The notes under the pieces are model-generated. The model was given only the letters and a program-made list of their open reading frames with translations, was not told the DNA's origin and searched no databases. A stretch of 27,687 nt of DNA from Nitrospirales bacterium. Lineage in GTDB: Bacteria; Nitrospirota; Nitrospiria; Nitrospirales; Nitrospiraceae. Position numbers and translations under genes: made by a program. Below, in pieces: positions 18,040-26,137 of this stretch. Position 1 is the first letter of the stretch. Each line of letters opens with the position of its first letter. The DNA is taken from assembly GCA_038200685.1 (NCBI GenBank), contig JBBRRN010000001.1, forward strand, positions 1-27,687, in the 5' to 3' direction.

Positions 18040-19236
18040 TCACTGCACCTCTATCGTGCAGCCTGGAGGCACTCCTTGATCTGCCCTGTTAAGAAATTGA
18101 GGCCTTGGCGCCCCTATCTGCTCAAATATTTCTCTGAATCTACGGGCATAGGTATGCTCTCGCAATGTCCGTTCGTAGCCGGCCTGAGCGATCACCGCCC
18201 GCTCATTCTCATGCTTCAAATAATAGCGAACCTTTTCAATCAGGTCATGACGATCGTCAAAGCACACAACTTCTTTCCCAATCTCATAATACTGTCCTAG
18301 ATTTTCGGCCATTCCCGTTAACAAAAACCCTCCACAACCTGGAACTTCAAAATTGCGCCCCTTGATCTGATCACTGTAGTGCACATCAGGAGTCTCTGCT
18401 GGCTCTGATTCGACTGAGGCAACAAGTGGGCCGCACAGCCCGGTGAGCCAGCCCTTCCCCATTGCCTTCACCTGCGATCCGAATGGAACCACGTCCAGAG
18501 AGCGAGAAAACCGGCTGCGAACCGTCTCGCTCGAGAAAACTGTGGGGGTGATGGCCGGCAATGATACATCCGTCGGCTTCGATGCATTACTCAGATTAAG
18601 ATTGATGCGACTCTGATTGAATACGCGAATCATTTCTTCCTGTTATAAACGACCGGAATCCCAACCACCTCCCCAGACATTCACGTTGATACCTGCCTTC
18701 CGTAAAGCGGCAATTACCTGTCGGCGGTTGCCATGGGGCTGGCCGACAAACGACACATCGTACTTCGTCGGCATATTCATCTTGCGGTACAACACGTCAT
18801 TACACCCCCACTGACTTTTGATGACGTTGCAATAGCCAAGACTTGCATACTTGGGTAGCGCGCTGGCCGCCGTCGTGACAACCCACGTAAAACAAGGCGC
18901 CCAATTGCGGGAGTAGTTATCAAATCGCCAATGGTCGTCACAAAACCAGTTCACGGTCTGGAGACGAGTCTCTGTGAGTTCGTGCAGCACCAATGGATCG
19001 AATTGATCCGTAAACAGGACAGCAAACAACAGATCAGGCTTTTCCAATGCGACCACTTCCTTCAATCGTCGGTTCATCCTGTCTCGCCCATGCTGCTGCA
19101 TGAGCGTCATATAATCGAAGTACAGGATGTCGTGCCCCATATGGAGAAGAGAGTGATAGAAATTGTAATGCTCAAAACTGAACCCTTGCTCCGGCTTGCC
19201 ATAGTCATATTTCATCGCGGCATAAAGAATACGCAT
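18040..19236 (-). pseudogene. CgeB-like glycosyltransferase interrupted by one in-frame TAA (split gene)
   Basis: ATG 19236 (MRILYAAMKYDYG). The frame continues GAT TCC GGT CGT TTA TAA CAG GAA GAA ATG = DSGRL*QEEM across 18643-18645, then IRVFNQSRINLN, KGRNFE and REHTY to TGA 18040. Both track ORFs lie in the same frame. Confidence 0.88.
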
Positions 19237-19252
19237 GACTATTCTACGTTCC

Positions 19253-19978
19253 TCACAAACCAGGCACCTTAGAGAGTTGATACAGCAAGGCCATCCCAGG
19301 CAATCCCGTGTCAGTCGAGAGTCTGCGATAACGATTGGAGGCAATACCCATGGCCTCGGCAATAGCCATATATGGACCAACGTTGTAACCCGACTTTTCA
19401 GACTGATAGAAAGTATCGTGCAAGAGGATGTTCGCCTCTGGCATATGGGTCATCACACCAGTCAGCTCTCGATTTACAGAGGCATGGGTATGGTCACCAT
19501 CAATAAACACAAGCATCGAATTGGGTTTCCCAATACGGTTATGGATTTCAAGGCAAACCGTCAGCCCATCTCCTTGGTGAAGTGTCACCTCGTGTAATCC
19601 TTTCACCAACACCCCTCGTTGCAGTCCAGGGTGCTCCTGATGGGCTGTATCATCAGGTAAATCCACTGAATGGATTGCGATGTCTAACCCAAAACGCTTC
19701 GAGGTCTCATAGAAGATTCTGGCGGACTTCCCAAGATGGGTTCCCCATTCAACAATGTAATCTGGCTTAAGCCTACAGACCGCGGATACCATCAAAAATA
19801 GCTCATTGAGAGGGAACGGATGTACTCCGACAATGGGCACCAGTGTGCCTACGACAAACTCTGAGATAATCCAATTGTTCACCTCAAACTCGCTGCAATG
19901 AATATTCAGAGCAGGATCCTTACCTCTCTCCTGCGATGACGCATGTTTTAGACCAAGGAGTCCGCGGAAACTATTCAT
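19253..19978 (-). CDS. Class I SAM-dependent methyltransferase (Methyltransf_24/CmcI-like)
   Basis: IVEWGTHLGKS, FIDGDH and LLHD motifs; start moved to ATG 19978 (8-nt overlap with the GT4 stop). Confidence 0.85.
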   Translation of the reverse strand: MNSFRGLLGLKHASSQERGKDPALNIHCSEFEVNNWIISEFVVGTLVPIVGVHPFPLNELFLMVSAVCRLKPDYIVEWGTHLGKSARIFYETSKRFGLDIAIHSVDLPDDTAHQEHPGLQRGVLVKGLHEVTLHQGDGLTVCLEIHNRIGKPNSMLVFIDGDHTHASVNRELTGVMTHMPEANILLHDTFYQSEKSGYNVGPYMAIAEAMGIASNRYRRLSTDTGLPGMALLYQLSKVPGL

Positions 19979-21323
19979 CGATTGACACCTTTCGAAATAC
20001 TTCTTCATATTTATCAGTGATATTCTGCCACGTGAATCTTTCTCCCCATTTCTCCTTCCCGACCTCGCCTAGCTGGCGGAGATAGGCCCTGTCTTTAACC
20101 AACCGCGACCAGTGCTCACCGAGTACCTCAGGGTCAACTTTGGTATACCCTTTTCCATCCTGAGAGGCTGAGCAAATCACACCCGATCCTGTCCAATGCG
20201 CAATTTCCCCAGAATTCCCGACTGGAACTGAAAGAAATGGAGTTCCCGCTGCAGCTGATTCAAATAACACGAGGGGTGAATATTCAACATGAGACGCGAA
20301 GACGAAAAGATCCGAGTTCATATACGCCTGAACCAGTTCGGACCGAGGCAGATCAGTCACTACTACTCTTTTATTACTCCCCTGACGTTCGACCTCAGCC
20401 GTAACGGCAAGCAATTCCTCTTTAAACGTCACGTGGTGGGCCATGCCTTTACTCGTGTACATACCACGGCGTATTCCTCCCTTATTGAGTACACCGTGGA
20501 AGAGATATCTCAAGGCGCAGAGGAGACCGTCTTTGCCATAAATATCACGGACTATTCGGGTGTATTCGCGGCATTTACCATGCAATACCCGGACAGTTGA
20601 CTTCCATTCCACCGGCACTGACTCGTTACCATTCAAGATCAGGGTTGCAGGGTGCCCATCCAGGTCAGCCGATAAGAATGCAGTCGCAACGTCGAGATGC
20701 CCCTTCACTCTGCTCAAACTTCCCACTGTTAAGAAGAGCAAGTCATCTGGACCGATGCTATGCCGTTGTCTGAAATAGTGGTCAGGGGCCACTGAAAACT
20801 CAGCCTCACTCGCTCCGTTTGGAACAATAGAAAACCTGCTAAGTCCGTGTTCCCTGGCAAAATTAATGTCCCGATAATCGGATGCATAAAAAATGAGATG
20901 GTCAAACTGCGGCAGAATACGTGGCAATTGCCGAAAATATTCAGCATACGCTGGTTCGTATAAGCCGGAAAACCCACATGGCACAAATACCTTCCCCGCC
21001 TTGATTTCCGACAATACCGGCCAAAGGGCATCAAATGTCCATTGCTGGGCAGCCTTGATCATGATCACATCAAACTGTTGTGAGGTAACAAAGCGGCGGT
21101 ACTCCGCTACTTTCCCCTCTATTCCTCGTACCAAGTTTCCTGAAATCTTGAACCCTCTGATTGTGACGCCATTTAGCTCACTGAAAAGACGCGTTGGCAA
21201 TTTCGTAGTGGCGACGGTGACCTTATGCCCACGCACGACCAGCCTTTCCGCAAGCTGCTGCATGACCTCCTGAACGCCACCCACACTTGGAGAATAGAAC
21301 TCACAACAGAGTAAAATGCGCAT
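19971..21323 (-). CDS. Glycosyltransferase family 4 with an internal insertion
   Basis: PSVGGV, VPNG, VGSLSRVKG and EYSPLVLFES (EX7E) motifs; about 60 extra residues in the C-terminal domain. Confidence 0.9.
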   Translation of the reverse strand: MRILLCCEFYSPSVGGVQEVMQQLAERLVVRGHKVTVATTKLPTRLFSELNGVTIRGFKISGNLVRGIEGKVAEYRRFVTSQQFDVIMIKAAQQWTFDALWPVLSEIKAGKVFVPCGFSGLYEPAYAEYFRQLPRILPQFDHLIFYASDYRDINFAREHGLSRFSIVPNGASEAEFSVAPDHYFRQRHSIGPDDLLFLTVGSLSRVKGHLDVATAFLSADLDGHPATLILNGNESVPVEWKSTVRVLHGKCREYTRIVRDIYGKDGLLCALRYLFHGVLNKGGIRRGMYTSKGMAHHVTFKEELLAVTAEVERQGSNKRVVVTDLPRSELVQAYMNSDLFVFASHVEYSPLVLFESAAAGTPFLSVPVGNSGEIAHWTGSGVICSASQDGKGYTKVDPEVLGEHWSRLVKDRAYLRQLGEVGKEKWGERFTWQNITDKYEEVFRKVSIDE

Positions 21324-21359
21324 GCGAACCTGGTATTTCCCCTGAGAAGATCCTGGCGC

Positions 21360-22298
21360 TCATGTCTGTTGCATGGCCCGTAAAAACCAATTCCACGTTT
21401 GCTCAATGCCCACATTAAAGGGAACCTTCGCGGCCCAACCTGTTTCCTGCTTTAGCTTCCCGCTATCAAGGATGTTGGCCTCAACATCGAACTGTCGAGA
21501 AGGCAAAATAGTCACTTTCGGTTCAAGACCGGCCGCTTGAGCAAAAGGATAAATGGCATCCAGGATATCTTTATTGCTCCTCCCCTCACCGCTTCCAATG
21601 TTATACAATGACCCCGGGTTGCCGAGCTCCAACGCCGCAACAATTCCAGTTGCGACATCGGAAACATGAATATAGTCTCGAATCGTTCCAGGGTCGCCAT
21701 AGAGGAAGAGGTCTTTGCCCCTCAACACTGACGCCATGGCAGTGGCGACGAAGCCCTGGCCAGTAAATGGCTTTTGCTGCGCCCCAAATGCATTCGCTGG
21801 TCGAACGGTCACAACGGGCAACCCCTTTATCTTCATGAACATGAGGCCATACTTTTCTATGGCCAATTTGGTTACCCCATAAGGGGAAATCGGATTGGTC
21901 GGATGTGCCTCCAAGATTGGTACATCTTGCGCTGGACCATACACCGTTCCGCCAGATGAGATGACGACGATTTTCCGTATGGCAAGACGGCTGGCAGCAT
22001 CGAACAGCCCAACCGCAGCAGGTAAATTGCTAATGATATCTTGGACAGGGTCGTCAAAGCTGGTACTGGGAACGGTGGAGTATGCAAGGTTAATGATTTC
22101 ATCCACCCCCTTCAGTGCACCGAGTAAAAATGCTCTCTCACCGTAATCGCCAGGAATATAGCGAACCCCTTTCGGCAATATCCTTGGCGGCATGGGAGTT
22201 CTGCCGATAACAGTAACTAGTTCTCCCTTGGCATGGAGAATCTCAACGACGTGACTCCCGAGAAATCCAGCCCCGCCAATAACACAGCAATGTTTCAT
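21360..22298 (-). CDS. NAD-dependent epimerase/dehydratase (extended SDR)
   Basis: GGAGFLG, SSGGTVYG, canonical PYGVTK (YxxxK) and RDYIHV motifs. Confidence 0.93.
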   Translation of the reverse strand: MKHCCVIGGAGFLGSHVVEILHAKGELVTVIGRTPMPPRILPKGVRYIPGDYGERAFLLGALKGVDEIINLAYSTVPSTSFDDPVQDIISNLPAAVGLFDAASRLAIRKIVVISSGGTVYGPAQDVPILEAHPTNPISPYGVTKLAIEKYGLMFMKIKGLPVVTVRPANAFGAQQKPFTGQGFVATAMASVLRGKDLFLYGDPGTIRDYIHVSDVATGIVAALELGNPGSLYNIGSGEGRSNKDILDAIYPFAQAAGLEPKVTILPSRQFDVEANILDSGKLKQETGWAAKVPFNVGIEQTWNWFLRAMQQT

Positions 22299-22332
22299 TG
22301 GACTTGACTCACATGCACCTTGCCATTCATTT

Positions 22333-23331
22333 CTATCCTACGATCACACGTTTCATAGCCCTAACTAAATCCACCAATCTCCGGCGAAGCCCTCTAGCTC
22401 GCGTGTGTCGAAAGTAATGGTTTCTGATACTAGAAAAACGTACCTGTGCTCTCTCTCTTAGCGCATTCGAAGGCGAACTATGGGCATCGCTCAACTTCTC
22501 CGCTGCTTCAAATAATATTCGCGACAACTTTCTGAGACTTGGTCGTGGCGATACCCTCTGATATGCGGCATGATTGAGAGCTGCAAGGTCGCTCACATCT
22601 CGATCTGAGAATTTTCTCCCTGTCGCCCAAAGCAGGTTCTCGACACTGATATTAATTACCCTGTCAAGGAAAGGGCTCATTCCAGCCCGTGACATGCTGT
22701 TCGGAACTTCCCGATATACCAATAAAACCTCAGGAATATTCGCCACCTCGAAATGTCTCGCCACCCGAGACCATAATTCGTAATCCTCCGGTGGCTGTCT
22801 TGCCTTGTCGGTTGAATAGAGGCCGACCGTTTCACATGCCGATTTCCTCAACATGACGGAGCTGTGGACAAAGGGATTGTCAAATAGTAAGTCGTACTTC
22901 AAATGGGAACTTTCGGTAGGATGTTGGTGGATTCGCTCACTTCTCACATTTCCGACCCAGATCTCTGCCCACCCACCAACCAGCCCACAACTTGGGTGAG
23001 CATCTAAAAAACTCACTTGTCGCTCTAGTCTTTGAGTGAGTGACAAGTCATCCTGGTCCTGCCTGGCAAGATATTCTCCCTTGGCCAGATTAATTGAACG
23101 ATTTAAAGTCGCCGCCAACCCTTGGTTCTCCTGATGATAGACACGGATTCTTGGATCTTTGAATTTACTTATAATCTTTGCGGAATCATCGCTGGAGCCA
23201 TCGTTGATAATGATCAGCTCAATATTTCGGTAGGACTGTGAGAGGATGCTCTCGATTCCGCCTTGCAAAAATCCGGCGCCGTTGTACACGGGGAGTAAAA
23301 CACTAACTAATGGCTGATTTGACACTAACAT
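22333..23331 (-). CDS. Glycosyltransferase family 2
   Basis: VSVLLPVYNG, INDGSSD, ARQDQDD, HSSVMLR and EDYELW; start moved to ATG 23331. Confidence 0.93.
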   Translation of the reverse strand: MLVSNQPLVSVLLPVYNGAGFLQGGIESILSQSYRNIELIIINDGSSDDSAKIISKFKDPRIRVYHQENQGLAATLNRSINLAKGEYLARQDQDDLSLTQRLERQVSFLDAHPSCGLVGGWAEIWVGNVRSERIHQHPTESSHLKYDLLFDNPFVHSSVMLRKSACETVGLYSTDKARQPPEDYELWSRVARHFEVANIPEVLLVYREVPNSMSRAGMSPFLDRVINISVENLLWATGRKFSDRDVSDLAALNHAAYQRVSPRPSLRKLSRILFEAAEKLSDAHSSPSNALRERAQVRFSSIRNHYFRHTRARGLRRRLVDLVRAMKRVIVG

Positions 23332-23403
23332 TTGCAGCGCGTCGCTTCCGGCACAAGAACAAGCCAATCGGGCTTGCCCAGTGCAACTGATTGTCCCGAC
23401 AAG

Positions 23404-24216
23404 TCATCTAATTTTTCTTGCTTCGACTAGGTATCCGACAGTGAACTCTTCGACAGATACCTCCTCCTCCAGTCGCGCAAGGCGCCTCGGAAGCCAATAC
23501 AGGAGGATGAGTCGAGTCAGAAGGGACAATTTGTGCGGCGCTTTTGCAGCAATCATCCTCCCGGCCCTATAGGCCTCCTGCCCCACATGTTTTAGCAGTC
23601 CGCCAATTGGCCGCATCTCTATGATTTCTAGCCCACAATTGACTAAAAACGTTTCATAAAAGTGGGGAGTGTACCCCCCATAAAAATGGAACGGCTGCTG
23701 ATGCAATCCGCTCCCCAAGGGCGCGGTCAAAAACAACCTTCCGCCTCGCACCAATATCCGTGAAAGTTCCTTCAATGTGTCGATTGGCTTAGGTACATGC
23801 TCAAGCACTTCGGTGCACAAGACCACATCAAAGGATCCATCAGACACTGGGATCTTATTGCTGTCACAAACATAATCGATCTGCCCATAATTCCAACGCT
23901 CGACCTCTGAACTTGTTGGCGAGCCACCATATTGAGCAAAGTCCTGAGTTTTATATTCACAATGAGAAAACCTATCGCGATAGGGGCATTCTCCCGCACC
24001 GACGTCTAGCACTTTCGAGCCGCAACGAAGTGCTGCTGCCTTTTCAGTGATCCATCCCTCACGCGCATAGGCACTAAAGTTTACAATATGTTCCAAATGA
24101 GCGGAACGTTCTGCGGCTCCACGCGTCGTAATCACCCTATAGAGATCGATGATCTCATCGACTAATCCAGGCGCCCAACTTGTATTTTGTTCAATCAATT
24201 TCATGGTCGGGCGCAT
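23404..24216 (-). CDS. Class I SAM-dependent methyltransferase (type 11-like)
   Basis: VLDVGAG, FDVVLCTEVLEHV and RILVRGG motifs; start ATG 24216 or 24204. Confidence 0.9.
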   Translation of the reverse strand: MRPTMKLIEQNTSWAPGLVDEIIDLYRVITTRGAAERSAHLEHIVNFSAYAREGWITEKAAALRCGSKVLDVGAGECPYRDRFSHCEYKTQDFAQYGGSPTSSEVERWNYGQIDYVCDSNKIPVSDGSFDVVLCTEVLEHVPKPIDTLKELSRILVRGGRLFLTAPLGSGLHQQPFHFYGGYTPHFYETFLVNCGLEIIEMRPIGGLLKHVGQEAYRAGRMIAAKAPHKLSLLTRLILLYWLPRRLARLEEEVSVEEFTVGYLVEARKIR

Positions 24217-24305
24217 CGCATGTTACGTGCTCTCCCTTCTCAGACTTGCACTGGCAATCCCAAATCATCCGAGACGAATCAGGAGCATCACGTTTACCAA
24301 GTAGC

Positions 24306-25214
24306 TTACCCTACTTTGGCAGCAATGATCGCGAAATCAGAGCAGATAGTTTTCGTGACAAGGCCTTTGACGAGAAGCTTTGTATAGGCCCACTCTGAAT
24401 CCAAGTTCGCTATCGGCAAGCATGGGTCTCTTACATAGCTCACATCTTGATAGCCGTGCTTCAGCATCGAACTCATAACTTTGTACCCATAATAGGCATA
24501 CGCGGCCGACTCGACAATTTTGAATCCATGAGCTTCCAAAAGGGTCTGGAGTCCCTTCAGTGTGTAAAGCATACGGTGGCAGGGTTTCCAGAAGTTGATA
24601 TCGAAGCTGATATGGCGCCTCGAATACTTATCCAGGGTAATCAAAGGCAGGCGCATCATCAGTGTTCCGCCTGGCCTTAACATGGCAAACGCCCTGCGCA
24701 AGAAATCGCTCGGATGATCCAGATGCTCGAAGAGTGCATTGGAGTACAGTACGCCGACCACGGAGTCCCAGCTTGCCGAACAACAGACTTTCTCGCTGTA
24801 TTCCGGATACTGTGCCTTAAAAGCTGAGACAGCCTCCTCACTCAGATCTATGCCGTAGATATTGGCCCCATTCTTGAGGAATTGGATAAGTTCATGTCCG
24901 TACCCAAAGCCAATCTCCACCGAGGTTTCAGCGCCACAAATAGTTTTAGATATGCGGTCGAGTGCAAACTGGAAATGCCTGATTTCTTTCCGATGGAACC
25001 TCGAGTAGATACGTTCAAATTCGACAAAGCCCTTACGCCTTGTCCCTATGATCTGGCGACTGCGGTTCGAATATACGGAATTGAAGTAAATGCTATTTTC
25101 GACCTCAGCACTTCTGTCTGAAATATAGTTTGCGCTGTTGCATGATGAACAAATACAGTAGTTACCGACTTCTGGGTTTGCCAACACACATTGACACGCC
25201 TTGCAGTTCACCAT
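24306..25214 (-). CDS. Class I SAM-dependent methyltransferase with N-terminal Cys4 (Zn-ribbon-like) motif
   Basis: CKAC...CSSC, VEIGFGYG, YGID, LFEHLDHP and LRPGG motifs; start moved to ATG 25214 without a clear RBS. Confidence 0.85.
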   Translation of the reverse strand: MVNCKACQCVLANPEVGNYCICSSCNSANYISDRSAEVENSIYFNSVYSNRSRQIIGTRRKGFVEFERIYSRFHRKEIRHFQFALDRISKTICGAETSVEIGFGYGHELIQFLKNGANIYGIDLSEEAVSAFKAQYPEYSEKVCCSASWDSVVGVLYSNALFEHLDHPSDFLRRAFAMLRPGGTLMMRLPLITLDKYSRRHISFDINFWKPCHRMLYTLKGLQTLLEAHGFKIVESAAYAYYGYKVMSSMLKHGYQDVSYVRDPCLPIANLDSEWAYTKLLVKGLVTKTICSDFAIIAAKVG

Positions 25215-25281
25215 TCTATGGTTGCCATCATTTTCAGATTTCTCAGTGTGGTGACGCATATCGTACGGGCGCATCAGGAGA

Positions 25282-25317
25282 GGGTTCACCCAGGGCTACA
25301 GCTCCCTGGGAGAACTC
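25282..25317. other. Intergenic GC-rich stem-loop
   Basis: GTTC-A-CCCAGGG-(8 nt)-CCCTGGG-A-GAAC; no U-tract on the minus strand, so it is not called a terminator. Confidence 0.4.
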
Positions 25318-25365
25318 CCGAAACAACACGTTACCTTAGCCGTGAGAAGGCTCATCAGCAAAACG

Positions 25366-26130
25366 CTAGAAATGAAATCTGACGTAAATATCTCCCCACA
25401 GTAAATCGTCCGTATTCCGCTCTATACTTTCAAACAGCGTATTCCTATCCGTCCAGCCTGATAAAATGAGTGCGGGTGTCTCTCCCAGCGCATAATTAAA
25501 ATCAGCCCTTCCCAATGAGCCCAGATACTCTATGCAAAGCCTGGCATCATTGATAAATTCCCTTGTAAACTCAAACGCGATGAAAGAAATCTGACGGGAA
25601 AGGCCTTGCAATACTTCATATTCAAATCCCTCCACGTCAATCTTGCAAAACTTCGGCGAGCCGAATTCTTGGATCAACGCATCTATGGTTGTTACTGGAA
25701 CCTCCACGGCAGGCTCCCAGGCATAGGAACGGAATCTGCCCGTTTTCCATTTTTCAGAGAAGGTTGAGATCGCGTTCGCAGATCCGCAAACTGATAATGA
25801 CCTGCTGCCAGATTGAGTCGCCAGCCCCTTGGAAACAATAACAACGTTTGAATCATGCCGATACGTTTCTTTCAAGACATCGACACAGCTGGGCTGGGGT
25901 TCAATACAAACCACCCGGGCTCCCAATTCCAAAAAAATCTTAGTTTTGCTTCCGATATTGGCTCCAACATCAAAGCAGAGATCCCCCGGCTTCACGACCT
26001 GGGAATAAAAAGATAACGTCTGCTCCCAGAGCTTCTGCCTAGAATCATCATGCACCAAATCTACCGAAGAACATTCCACGTCGCCAAGACGTAGTGCACG
26101 CCTGAGCCGATATACGAAATTGCGAATCAT
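25366..26130 (-). CDS. FkbM family SAM-dependent methyltransferase
   Basis: FDVGANIG, IEPQ and KIDVEGFEYEVLQG motifs; starts 7 nt after the wzt stop. Confidence 0.93.
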   Translation of the reverse strand: MIRNFVYRLRRALRLGDVECSSVDLVHDDSRQKLWEQTLSFYSQVVKPGDLCFDVGANIGSKTKIFLELGARVVCIEPQPSCVDVLKETYRHDSNVVIVSKGLATQSGSRSLSVCGSANAISTFSEKWKTGRFRSYAWEPAVEVPVTTIDALIQEFGSPKFCKIDVEGFEYEVLQGLSRQISFIAFEFTREFINDARLCIEYLGSLGRADFNYALGETPALILSGWTDRNTLFESIERNTDDLLWGDIYVRFHF

Positions 26131-26137
26131 TGTTTAC

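Noticed and set aside
18643-18645. Selenocysteine or pyrrolysine recoding of the internal stop
   Set aside because: The codon is TAA, not TGA or TAG, and the likely ancestral residue is Ser.
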